The position numbers and the translations under genes are program-made. Source: Phoronis australis (lineage: Eukaryota; Animalia; Phoronida). Taken from it: 64,000 bases of DNA. The first letter of the stretch is position 1; every line of letters begins with the position of its first letter. The DNA is taken from contig NMRA01000509.1 in NCBI GenBank assembly GCA_002633005.1, positions 199,955-263,954 on the forward strand, read 5' to 3'. Shown piece after piece: positions 1-12,800 of the stretch. The notes beneath the pieces were generated by a model that worked only from the letters and a program-made list of their open reading frames with translations, did no database searches and had not been told where the DNA came from.

Positions 1-2913
1 AGTCCTTAGGGTTTATTTTGCATTACTCATCTCTATTTATAGCCTCTAGGGCCTACTTTTGTATTCATACGTTTCTCTACGCGACTCCTGATTGGACGCC
101 CATATTTCCTTTGTTCTGTTCAACGTGGTCTCTCATTCAGCCACCTACCTCGTCATCTACAAGACCTACGTTCGTTCTCTTCATTTTTTCCCCACCCCCC
201 ATCCCGGGTGTCGGTTCCACTTTCTCTTTGCTCGTATACATTTCCTGTTATTTTTTTTTCAAGTTTTGTTTTCATGTTCTGTACTTTTCCTTTAAGCCCT
301 TCAGGCAGTTTTTTTGTTTTGTTCCCTCTTGCAGGGCTATTCATTGTACACGCCGGTGGGAGTTTTTTGCATGCCCATCTTGCAGAGTCTTAGTTAGTTT
401 TATCTATTACGTCATAATAAATGACAATATTCTCAATCCTCCTCTTGTTTTACTCTGCAACATAGCTCGTGGCGTACCCCGGGCAAAATAGATTACGATA
501 AATGAATTTTTCTAAGCGTTTGTTTGAGCCAATACAGTATACAGCTTTCCACCAAGGCTAGGTGATGCAAGACATAATTCTTTGTTGCATTATAGAAACT
601 GGTCTTGGCTAATTATCATTTTATGGCCTGGTCATCCATTCAGCCAAAAGTAGTTTCAGAGGTGGCTTATCAGCTCGCATGCTGACTCACAATAGAAGCC
701 TGATAAGAGTGAAGGTGGATAAATGCGGTGTTCCTACAGTTTCTTGTGGTAGTGGATGTGTTCACGACATGTTTGGCTTCATGTGCTACCAGATCTCTTC
801 CATGTAATCCTCTGCTGAAGTGGGGCGTAGGCGCACGTAAGCGCAGCCAAGCACCTTTTGGAATTTAAACGTAGCGCCTACGCACCGTAATTTAGGTTAT
901 AGGGAGACGTAGGCGCAGCCAACCATCTTTTTACATCTTAACGTAGCGCCTACGAATAGGTATGACGGTATAGTGGGGCGTAGTCTTGATGCACAGCTAC
1001 ACAGACGACAAAATTGCTGCCGAATATTCCGGCGCACGTGATCATACGTCATGGACAATTTATTCAAAAGGTTGTTGTAAACTTGTAGTGGCGTTAACCA
1101 TAGACATCACAGTATGAACATGTCTATGGCGTTGACTTTACAATGATAAACAGTTATTTTCCTCTATTCTGGGCATCTTATACCACAAAACGATCCGGGA
1201 TAAAACATCCACTTGTATAGCATCATGTTTGTGTAATTAGTCTTTGAAGCAAGTTCGCCGAGTAATGAAATTTTAGATTAATATTTTCAAGATAAAGTAA
1301 CAATTATGCAGTGGCGGATCTGCGGGGGGGGGTTAGGGGGTTTAAACCCCCCCTCGGGCCAGGACCCAAAAATTATAAAAAAAAAACAAAAGCGTCTCCA
1401 GCAAAACAAAAACGGCACCGCCAGCGTGTTTAAACTCCAAGTAAACCAACTTGGAAAAATTTGAGGGGGGTTCACTCTGAAAATATAGTTTTTTGCATTG
1501 TGAATTGCTGAGTCTTTGTGGCTCATCGGCAAAACGCGCGGGGATTTAGTGTGCGCGCGCTTCCGTCGACACTTCTGAAGTAGCCAAGCATTTTAGATGG
1601 ATTCACCGCTGAAAGAGCATTTCTATAGCTAATTTCTTTAGGTAAATAGCTTCTTTTCTCTAAGATATATTTTGATTTGATTAGGGGAAATACTGCGGTG
1701 CCGCAACCCTGATATTCAGGCGATTTGTCGTGCAACGTTTTTACCTCATCTGTCATGCCGTGTCATTCTATTACACTCAACACGTTTGTAACTGGTGTAC
1801 AGTATAGTAAAGTTGTCTTACGCAATATCATACAGTGTACATGTGCATGTAATATTGTGTTCATGTACATGTAATATTTTTGAAAAAAATTCTTTTTCCG
1901 AAGAATTGCTATTGTGGCGGGCGCCGTGGTCTGGTCGCGAGTCAGTTTGAAGACACGCTCTATAACAAGTTATGTCTATACAAGGAATGACCAATGGGGC
2001 ACTCACATTGAGAAAGTGACCGCATTCGCGAAAAGTGTACAGTACCAGAAATTGCGGGGAGGCTGTTCTTTCACAACAAAGTCTTGCGGTACTCGTGCGA
2101 TATTCAATAGGCCTCTTAAAGTCATATGATCCGTTTGTAGACGTTTTAAAAACATCGTGAATCTGCATAAAAACCATTGAAACATACTCTCTGACACTTA
2201 ATTAGAACTTTTCGTAAATATGGGGTCGATCTGCTACCTGTACATATTTTTTTCTTTTATTTTTTATTTTCGTAAAATCTGCGTGATCAAAACAAACGAA
2301 TGTTGCCCATAATGCAGTGCGGATTGACCTTTCGGCAACTCGAGACAGATAGTCAGCTGTTTCCGGTAGTGCTTCGAAGAAGAGAAGTTAGCCTAACCAG
2401 GTAATTTATTCGTTTCTTGAACATTTTGATGACGATATTGCTCCCTGTATGAGCTGAACAGTCTAACTATTACGCTTAGAATTAGATGAAACCATTACCT
2501 GTGGAAAAATTACGTACTGAATAAGATAGTAATCGTGCTCGAGTCGAGTCTCCAGTGGTACCCTAACCCTAGCCAGCCAGCTAGCGGTATCAAAATACAG
2601 CTAGGTACCACTGTGTGTTTTTCTTCAATAGAGCCCGAAATTCACACTGCCAGGGTAGTATATTTAGTATACAGATTTGTACCAAGGCTAGCCCTAGCCC
2701 TAGGCCTATCAATGCTGTGACTGAAAAAGAGTGTAATGTTATTGTGGTTGGTTAGCCCCTGTTTGTCACTCGATGGTCGTGAGTTGAATTTCTACCTGCT
2801 GGCAGTTTTCAGACTTTGGACTTGAATTGCAAAACTATTCCTGGTTTTTCATTGCCATAAGAAAATCATCGTCTATCACCAGGGACTCTATACTCTACTT
2901 GTATATTGTACTA

Positions 2914-3343
2914 GCAGGGGCACACTGGAGGATTTAAGGGGGGGGGGCAAGAGGGCCATGCCCCCCTAAAATTCTCCCAGATACCATTTGGCAGTTCGGG
3001 GTGCAAATTGCTGACTAGCACATGCCCCTTGAACAAACCCTGTTTACCGTTTATGTTTTTTTAGTAATAAGATCCACAAACCCAAAAATTCGACTCCCCC
3101 GCATTCCTACATCAGGCTGGGCTCGCGCATGTCGCAAAATTCTGGTTATTCCTGTGCCCTGGACCCCCTAACTCAAAATACTGGATTCGCCCCTGGGGCA
3201 GATCCGGGATTTTGAGTTAGGGGAACAGGGCAGTGTATTGGCCAGGATTTAGTTCACCAAACATTTGCACCCCCGAACTGCCAAATGGGAACTGTGAGAA
3301 TTTTAGGGAGGCCATAACCCCCCCTTTAAATCCACCACTGACT
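2914..3343. mobile_element. Palindromic MITE; halves of the family recur at ~22545, 40725, 45193, 47213 and 55063
   Basis: Two inverted arms (GGATTTAAGGGGGG...CCATTTGGCAGTTCGGG...CCCCTAACTCAAAAT) fold back around ~3194. Confidence 0.65.
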
Positions 3344-4556
3344 AGTCAGCTAGCTAGTCCACTTGAACACAACCCACTGGATCAGCGATGAATCCTCGGA
3401 TTAAATTCAAGCAAACTTGGGAAGTGCCGGTAGGCTGAAGCTTATTGCGAGAATAGTGAGATCATACAAAACCATGGTTGGGAATGGGATGCAACAAATT
3501 ATTGTTATTCAGTGAAGAAATCTGGTTCTCAAATTGCAGGACACTGGGAGTGGTCACATCATTACAGAACAATATACTACATGGGACCTCCTCAAAGGCA
3601 AAAGGGTATAAGCCAAAGGCAGATCAGTAGTAGCATTAATAAAGGTCGAGCAGGTTACATCTTGCATTATCAGTGGTATGGTCTCGACTGGGTAAATAAA
3701 GGGCTAGGGACAGGGGAAGGTTAATGACAGTGCTTGCTTTTAATTAATATACTCTTTCTTGGACTTTGAGTGTGCAACTAGGCCCTTGCAGTCTCACTTT
3801 ATCAAGAACACAATCCATCAGTTTACATGGCAGAGGGCCTAAAGGGTGCTTCGAAAATCATCTATCCTCCTTGAATGTCAGCTGTTCCAGACTTCTAGCA
3901 TCGGTATTGGCAAGTTAACAAAGGAAATAAACTTAATTAGTCTGGAAACAGGTAAAACACTGAAGTTTCAATTTCTGGTACACTCATACTTTTGCGAAAA
4001 TGTGTATCCTATGGAATGTCTTGATCAATGTTATCTATGTACTGCTCAGATTGGCTTTTTATGTGATTACAATGTTTTTAAAGGTTCACCGTTATGTGCA
4101 TCACCAGTTCACCAACAATAACAATACTCAAGCAACAGAGACAACATGATTGGAGTACTGAGCCATGTGCAGAGGAATAGGCTTAGGTGGCAATTGATTT
4201 TCGGTCTCTTCACATGCAGGTATGCTTGGAACTCTCGTTTCTTAACGCAATAGAACCAATTCTACATAACTTTTGTGTTATCAAGTCATTCTTATTGTTT
4301 TCTTTCATCAGTAATCACACAAGCTTTATAGGTAACAAAACTGACAACCTGTAATAAAATACATTAGCTATGTATCACTAAAATATGCCACATAAAATGC
4401 TGAAAATTATACTGTCTTAAAACTTCATTAATAATGGACCACACTGGCTTTTTGAAGAACAACAACCAGTTTGCAGCTATGAAAACAACATTTCCCTTCA
4501 TGTTGAGGTCATGTTTAAACAACAACTCAAAATTAATGTGGTTTGATTTTTTTCAG

Positions 4557-5731
4557 CCTCACATAAGTATATCTGAGGATGAGGGCATTGTATTTCAACT
4601 TACTGTGTCCATACTCACTGGGGTGGTGGGTATCACCAGCTGTGATTGTCATCAGGGTGTACCTGCGGCAGATGCTGAGGAGTGTCCACTACACTGAAAA
4701 GATCTATAAGAAGCAACCTGTCACCTGCATTTTGCTTATGCCTGTGAGTATTTCTTATAAAGACAGATTTGGAAATCCAGTTAAGCACCCTCATTATGCA
4801 CACGTGACTCTGTGAAACAAAACACTGCTGACATGACACTTGTAATAACCTTTTACCATTTTCCTTCCAAGGCTCTGGCTACAGAGATTTGGTCTTGCAC
4901 TCAACATCAATGTTTCAGACAAATACCCAAAACTCAATTTAACAAATAAATAAATTATCTGAATATGTTCATAATTGTTACTTATTGAGAAAATGTGAAC
5001 AAATTATTTCCAGGCTATTAGGTAATGATAACTGGACTAAACCTTTACTTGGCAATTGTGAAGTGAAAACATTATTACGGCCCTGACAGTACGCCTGTGA
5101 CATGAATATTCATAAAGACTGTCTATGGATTATTGGCAGGTTCATGATAAGGTCCAGTTTTAGTCAAACTAAACAAAACACAATAAAACACATTCCTTAT
5201 TTGAGTTTTGTTTATTGTTTATCTGAAATTTAAGTATAAATACCAAAATAGCCATAACAATGGATTGCCAACAGTACATTCTAAAAGGTATGTATAAATA
5301 AATCTTTTTCAATAAGGCATGGAAAAATGTCGCAAACAGCTTGTCCCATCAGCACGCATTGTTTTTGGTCACATCACGTGACCTAATGAATATCAATCCA
5401 AAAAGATTTCTGCCCGTCTCTGTCTAGGGCAGAGATCTTTTCGGACATGCATTCATTAGGTCACGTGATGTGACCAAAAAGATGGCGTGCTGACGGGACA
5501 AACTGTTCGCATTCTATAAGGTATTCAGCTTTTGAAGTACACTAGTTAATGAAGAATTTTTTTCTCTTTTACATGGCTATGAAGAAAATTTTATTTTTGA
5601 TTCAGGACTTTTGGTTTCTTCGTCATAAATGAGGAACTGGCAAGAGTCTACCGTAATGATGTGCTGGCTTTCAACAAAGGAACCAACTACAACAAAAGGC
5701 GCCTACCCCAACATATTTTCGCAATGCAAGG
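4557..5731 (+). pseudogene. Decayed spliced KolX / P2X7 C-terminal Cys-rich domain-like gene (exons ~4557-4743 and ~5606-5731; upstream exons ending 2400 and 4219)
   Basis: Canonical AG/GT boundaries. Frame-shifted peptide CTCGRC*...KKQPVTCILLMP|DF...ELARVYRNDVLAF...NYNKR resembles the WCxCGxC...CI..PDF...ARLYRxDVLA...YNK pattern of invertebrate P2X7-like proteins. Stops and frameshifts are present. Confidence 0.55.
5330..5512. repeat. ~180-bp fold-back palindrome (MITE-like)
   Basis: TTGTCCCATCAGCACGC...TTTTTGGTCACATCACGTGACCTAATGAAT pairs with ATTCATTAGGTCACGTGATGTGACCAAAAA...GCGTGCTGACGGGACAA. Confidence 0.85.
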
Positions 5732-6015
5732 GTTATGTCACTAATCGTACTGCTTTATCTACTTTGCTTGCAGTCAAACAAATTATGTTATTTACTTAGG
5801 CACCATATTTTATGTGTCTAAAGCATATTTGTTTTGTCTACTACTTAGTACTCAGATAAATGTGATTTCTTTGTGGTACTAATAAACAAAATTTATGCCC
5901 AATACCATTTCTTAGTTTCATACTGAAAACCGGATGAAGACTTAAATGTAATGAAACAGAACTGGTAAAGTTGCTACAAACCAACAATCCATCAACAATA
6001 GAGTAACTTTTAATT

Positions 6016-6859
6016 NNNNNNNNNNNNNNNNNNNNNNNNNNNNNNNNNNNNNNNNNNNNNNNNNNNNNNNNNNNNNNNNNNNNNNNNNNNNNNNNNNNNN
6101 NNNNNNNNNNNNNNNNNNNNNNNNNNNNNNNNNNNNNNNNNNNNNNNNNNNNNNNNNNNNNNNNNNNNNNNNNNNNNNNNNNNNNNNNNNNNNNNNNNNN
6201 NNNNNNNNNNNNNNNNNNNNNNNNNNNNNNNNNNNNNNNNNNNNNNNNNNNNNNNNNNNNNNNNNNNNNNNNNNNNNNNNNNNNNNNNNNNNNNNNNNNN
6301 NNNNNNNNNNNNNNNNNNNNNNNNNNNNNNNNNNNNNNNNNNNNNNNNNNNNNNNNNNNNNNNNNNNNNNNNNNNNNNNNNNNNNNNNNNNNNNNNNNNN
6401 NNNNNNNNNNNNNNNNNNNNNNNNNNNNNNNNNNNNNNNNNNNNNNNNNNNNNNNNNNNNNNNNNNNNNNNNNNNNNNNNNNNNNNNNNNNNNNNNNNNN
6501 NNNNNNNNNNNNNNNNNNNNNNNNNNNNNNNNNNNNNNNNNNNNNNNNNNNNNNNNNNNNNNNNNNNNNNNNNNNNNNNNNNNNNNNNNNNNNNNNNNNN
6601 NNNNNNNNNNNNNNNNNNNNNNNNNNNNNNNNNNNNNNNNNNNNNNNNNNNNNNNNNNNNNNNNNNNNNNNNNNNNNNNNNNNNNNNNNNNNNNNNNNNN
6701 NNNNNNNNNNNNNNNNNNNNNNNNNNNNNNNNNNNNNNNNNNNNNNNNNNNNNNNNNNNNNNNNNNNNNNNNNNNNNNNNNNNNNNNNNNNNNNNNNNNN
6801 NNNNNNNNNNNNNNNNNNNNNNNNNNNNNNNNNNNNNNNNNNNNNNNNNNNNNNNNNNN
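6016..6859. other. Assembly gap
   Basis: Run of N. Confidence 1.
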
Positions 6860-9800
6860 AATGCTAGTATCAACAAGTGTGAGAGGTTGCAAGTTAGAAA
6901 GATGGTGCAAGAACTAATGCACGTATTGCCAAATCTTCATCGCATCATGATAACTTTTGATGGCCATTGCCACTTTATGGTTTAAGTGGATCCTAGAGTT
7001 CTAAGACAAGAAACTGAACTTATGGCAACATGGTTATGTCCCAAGTGCTACTCAGCAGCTGGTCATACTATTATCGTCTTTTAACAAGCAGTAAGAAACC
7101 TACATTGAGAGAAAATAGAGTTGCATTTTCACAGAAAAATTTCTGCGGCTATAAACCCTGTTATCCGTGCAACTTAACTTTTGATATTAACCACTTTCGT
7201 CATTCAGATGAGAAATAAGTTTTGGTCTTGCAAAGAACTGTCAGTTCATTATGGTTGTAACCATGTCAGTTGAATGAAATGACATGCTGTGACACGTCAA
7301 CCTAAAGAAACTCTCAAGTAGTAACAAATTGCTGGAGATTTTCAAGCCCAAAATTCACACCTTATTTTTATCAAGGAACAATTCAAGATCAATATCATAC
7401 TAATGGTACATGGTCTAAATAAACAGTTGGATTTCGTGACATAAGGCATGCCTATGTCTACTTTAAATTCCAATAGAGCGTAGAGTCTTTACAAGAGCAG
7501 ACACAAACCTTTGATCCAGATTGTGAGGATGCAGGTGACAAAGAAGATAAGGACAAGGGTGAACAACAGCTCTGAATCCCTGCAAGATGACAATAGTGGC
7601 ATTTGTAAGAAGACATTCAGTTTAAAATTTATTCTGAGGCCTCTAGACTGAGAACTCAGACAGGTATCTATGAATCTGAAACAGTGACATTGAATCGACA
7701 GATGGAATCGTAAAAGGGCAAATTTTCAAAATAAGGTTTTTAGAAATTATAATTGCTCCCCACACCAAACATGATGCACAGAATTTCAACCAGCAGCTTG
7801 CATTTATACTACAGTTGTAAGCGAGTTGAAAATTTTCACATGCAAATTAGTTACATTACAAATGTTCTTTGCTCAAGTGGACATCCTCCAAAGCACTGAT
7901 ACATTAGAATAAAAACTTCACACTAAAGTACGGTTTACACAAACCTAATATAAATAACTCAAATGAAACACTGCTTCGTGCATTTCAATGTGCATTTCCA
8001 TGTTTTAATATGGAACAGCAGTGACACCATCATTTGCAAAGTGCACTCATCCTTCAAAAATATCTCTAATATTTGTCTGGTAAGCTGCTTGGCTGTATTC
8101 ATAAGTTTAGGTGTTAAAGTCTAGGTCCAAGCAGTTTTTTTAGTAAAAAAGCTCGCTACAGGGTGTTTGTTTGAAAACGCAGATGTAAACTCTTTGATCT
8201 ATGTATTTTTGTAAAAAATCAGTGTGGGTGGTTGTTGGTGCACTGCACGGTGGTAGGAGTAATGCGTTGTCGGAATCACGGACACTCCGAAATATTGGGA
8301 ATCCCATTTTGGACACCCTATTTTCGAAATCCTGGGTGAATCCCTGAATAGAAATTGAACAGGCTTTAAACAAGGCATGTTTAAATACTGTAAACGAAAC
8401 AGTGATATCTTTGGTTAGGATTGTGAGTTGTGAGTTGAATAAAATGTGAAATGTCACTCCATGAGATATTAAGGAAATGAATGAAACAATACCTCAAGGT
8501 TTCTTCAGGTGATGACCAGTCTGGGACTCTTGCAAAGAAGTTTGTAGAGGGCATTGTCTAAACCACTCGTTCTAAAAGTACAGATGATGAAGGAGGGTTT
8601 AAATACAATTTGACTCACTTTACCAGGAGCAATCACAAGATTTAAGAATGTACTTTCAGTCAATTTGTCACACCTTTATGCTTAAAACAACTTTGATTTA
8701 ATTACCAGAAGGCAAAATTTGTAGCTGAGACAGCATTATTCTAAACTGACAGCGACTTAAAGACACTTATAATTGATGAAAATTCTGGCTTACGTTAAAG
8801 CCCATAGCCTAATCTCTGTATTCGATACAACAGTCGAAAATTTAGCAATTCCATGACATGAGCAAACATAAGATTAGCGTGATTTGACTGGCTAATTTTT
8901 TGAGGTTGTGAGTTCAAGTAATGTGCCTGGACCATGCAGATTGCAATTAACCATTTTCTCCTAACCTGCACAATCTAAGATGGAAATACAGAGAAAAGTG
9001 GCCATCAATAACTGAATAAGTTTAGCACACCTATTCTTTCTTTTAAAACTTAATGGAATAAGAAAGATCAACTTACGGTTACACGGGCCCCTGTAGGTGG
9101 TCAGTATTCTCCTAACTGGAAAAAATAAAGCAAAACTAATAAGACATTCTCAAGTATAGCCATCTTGACCAAGACTTATCCCCCACCCCCACTGTACTCA
9201 GTACGACCAACACTGATATGAGCTTTCTAATAAAAGCTATTGGCGTGGCCATTTGAAGTCTCTAACACATCCTACAAACATCCCCCCCTCTCCCGCCACA
9301 ATTTTTTACACCACCTGCCACATTGTTCTGCTAGTTGAAATCGATCTAAAAGCCCTCTTGTACTTAATTTCGATCTGAGCAGAGTGTCGACCTGAACTGG
9401 AAAGTTAATCGAACTGTTTTTACCGGCTTTGAATGTCTAAGTAAACTGTAGCTGATGATGTTGTCATCGAAGTAATCGCAACGTAGTGCAGATGCAACAC
9501 TTGTACACCAGGATTTTTAATGTGATAATTTGGGAACATTGACATTATTGTGCTAATGGACACAAAAACCTATTTCTAATTCGATTAGTGACTACTCGAG
9601 CAAAATATGAGCAGCTTTTAGCGACGACATCACCCTGTAATTGTCAATGATAGCAGTGGCCAGTTTTAACTACATGTTAAAGCACTGACATGGTGTAACT
9701 AGTCCGGGTCAGCGTGAATCAGTATTACTACTAGTAGTATTAGAACAAAAACTGAACAGCTGATCGAATTGAGGCTCTTCAAAATGATTCGGGTCCGATG

Positions 9801-12800
9801 TATGCCGACTGAGATCAGTCACCCATCAGTGAATGCTCTAACCGTGTATACGAGTCATTGAACATTTCACAAACAGCACACTTACTGACTTATACTTGTC
9901 CATCGAAAGCCTGGTATTGTTCATTTGTTTTAATATGTAATGTAAAACCTTCACGAGTTCGAGCATTCAGTCTTGTCCTCGTTGTTTCTCACCTATCGAA
10001 CGAGTCGCTTACAGGTACAAGGTTTGTTGGTAATGCCGCTTTTTGTACTGGCTAACACGTCTTTTTCTGAATCTCGTAGAGCAGGACGACTGCGTTTCGC
10101 CTTCGGACGTACACTTCATAGACCTACTTCTCCCCGCCATTTGTATCAATTCTGTTGACCTCTAGATCTGTGGCTGCGTATGCGTTGTTGTAATGTTTAT
10201 AATCTGTTTAGCGTCACGGATACTAAATACTTTGTAAACATTTCATTCGTTTGTAGTATTTAGAAAGATTTTTTTCAAACTTTCTGCACAAGTTGAAAGT
10301 TAATAACTTTTTGAGCTCCATGTCACATCAAAAAACCGGCTTAAACGGCGTTAAGAGGTTTTTTTCTTCTACAACTCGGACCATAGGCCTTTAAGGAGCC
10401 CTAGTTCCGACCTCAACACCTACCGTCTGTCTACCTGCAATAAGCACACTGCCGTCTTCTTTACTGGGAATTTCCGCAGAAAGGCTCACCCGATGAAACG
10501 CTCATCCCCATGGACATTTATTTCATATTAGTACTTCGGATTTCAGGCGTTCAGACATTGGGACGTTCATTTCGAAAATTGCAAGAGATGAAATAGGTCC
10601 TGGGATTCTTCGTCAAGGTTTGAAGTATAGTCCATGATGAACGGATCAAATTTAGTTGCGCATGTAAGTCTTTTGAATGGACTTGGCAACCTCATGGGTC
10701 TTAGTGTCAACTGAGCTGCGAAACGAGATGCTGACATTGTAGAGGCTTACAAGCTCATTGACACAGCAGCTGACAAAGTGTAAGCGTTGGGAACAAACAT
10801 CGATGATATCTGGGTAGAATGGTTCCGAGACGAGCAAATCATTGGATCCGATATACAAATTCCTCGGCAGTCTAGACAACAGAAGGATAGGACTAACGTA
10901 TGAGTAACCACTGGGGATTAAAATTTTAGAGAGAAGTTTTCAATTCCAAATTTTTTGCATAGTACACTTTAGGTCTCGCGACGGACCAGGCCAGCTTGAT
11001 TTGTGAAGATGTTGAGTTTCAGTGTACTTCTGGTCCCTCGGCGAACTAGTCTTGTGATTTGTAAAACTATTTATCTTAGCCAGTACTGTTTGGTCCCGCG
11101 ACAGATCGACTATTTTTATACGCATAATAAGCACAGGTCAGTGTACTCTTGGTCTCGTGGCGGACCAGGTCAGCTTTTTGTGTACTCTCAGTGTACATCT
11201 AGTCCCTCTGCAAACTAGTCCAGTGTATCTTTTCACCAGTGTGCACAGGATGTTTTGGTTTCGTGAAACTGTTTTCAGATGATTTGTTTCCTGATAGATT
11301 TGACGTTTTTCAATTGTTGTCAACGTGATTCAGCTTAATAAAGTGATACCTAATTATTTATTGTCGCTTTTAATAATAGACTATGAGTAGAGAGCACCAT
11401 CGTTCGCCAGTTTTTTCTCGTTACGAGACAGAACATATGTTTATTTCCGAACTAACAGTACAGGTCTTTGTTCTTAAACAACTTTAGGCTGCTGTTACGC
11501 GATCATCTGATATTCAAGTTTTTACGCCCCGTCGGTGCTCCTTAATTATGCTCTTGAATATTTGGAAATTGTCTAAAACCCCTGTATACACACCACGCTT
11601 TTTCGTATACGACTTTTCGTATGCTAAAAAAGGTGTGTGTAAGCAGATGTTCCAACAAAAATTGTTGCTGGTGGCGTGACTCATACCCAGATGTGCACAA
11701 TATGGTTTCACGAAATGTGCCAAGTTCATGTGACGAAATCGAGAACGGTTTTTAATTATATTAAGAAAAACTCCAGAGACATGTTAAGTGACAGAAACTT
11801 ACCAGGATGCATGGAAATTTCACTATTTGGCTACAAAAACAAAAAAGATATCTTACACGGGAGGGGAAACCCCCCTCCCGACCTTCCCCTGCTCAGCGCT
11901 ACGCGCCTAGGGTTCGACCTTAGCGGGAATCCTAACCCCCCCTTGCTGAAAACGTAGATCCGCCACTGTTATGGTGTCATACATAGGCGGTTAAAGGGGG
12001 ATCGAGGGGTCCCGAAGACATACCCTACGTGCTACAACACCGCCAGCAGATCGTCTCTGGGTGTTACGCGCCTTAAGTGATATATATTTATTGAAGGATA
12101 CACAGAACATACAAAGAAATAACAACAAACTCAGAAACCGCGAAGCATTATATCTGGGTTGTAAACAATTCATAAATGAAACTTATATACATAGAGGTAT
12201 ATACAATTAAGTAGTATATAAAATAAGTATTCCACTACTTAGATATGCTATTACAGATATATAAAAACAAAAATATGTACAGATTCATGTAGGGAAATCA
12301 GATGCAACAATATTGATAAACGGTACATAAAAATTTGCGCCTGTTCTCCTTTAAAATTATGTTTGCCCCCCCCCCCCTTCAGAGACAGCTTTGAATACAC
12401 GCTGAACTTTGCCTTTCAATACGTGTGGTTGGGTCCCTTTCATCCTATATTCGTCACTGCAGACACGAAGTAAATACCCACTCGTTGTGAGTCAGGTTTT
12501 TCAAATTCAATGTACTTTTAAAATTCATTGCTCAAGGTGAACTAAAACAACACACATTGCCAAATCTTGTTTCGGCCGTATTATGTTAATTATCGGGGCT
12601 AATTAATAAACTCAATATTTAATACCCTTTCGCTGTTTTATTTTGTGCGGCCGTCAAGGGTGCGTGACCTGGGCCCGCCCCCTATAAATCAGCCTGTTGG
12701 GATTTAGCTGAGCCAACACAGAGACGACTGAAATTGAGGATTAGATTCTGAGTGACGGCTAATGTGAGAAAATAGGTTTTCTCGATTATAATACCACATC

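Larger units (their letters stand above)
2120..10390. mobile_element. Kolobok-like DNA transposon relic (~8.3 kb including gap)
   Basis: TTAA on both sides (2116-2119, 10391-10394) and AG...CT termini. Imperfect TIRs: AGTCATATGATCCGTTTGTAG on the left versus AGGCCTATGGTCCGAGTTGTAG for the reverse complement of the right end. Contains KolX-like exons. Confidence 0.7.
1309..11968 (+). mobile_element. Decayed hAT-type DNA transposon (PRKRIR/THAP12-like transposase relic) hosting nested insertions
   Basis: Terminal inverted repeats are CAGTGGCGGATCT (1309) and AGATCCGCCACTG (ending 11968), each flanked by TTATG. A broken + strand frame at ~10680-10900 reads KRDADIVEAYKLID...NIDDIWVEWF...IPRQSRQQKDRTN, resembling hAT transposases. 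A weaker N-terminal-like remnant lies at ~1914-2110. Confidence 0.6.

Noticed and set aside
18-830. 157-aa hydrophobic ORF and a DLVAHEAK motif on the minus strand near 770-800
   Set aside because: The ORF reflects T-rich composition. The motif hints at an Academ-like scrap but is too short to support a call.
5942-6910. Long ORFs in the track at 5942-6910, 24501-25800 and 45653-46331
   Set aside because: Artefacts of translating N gaps.
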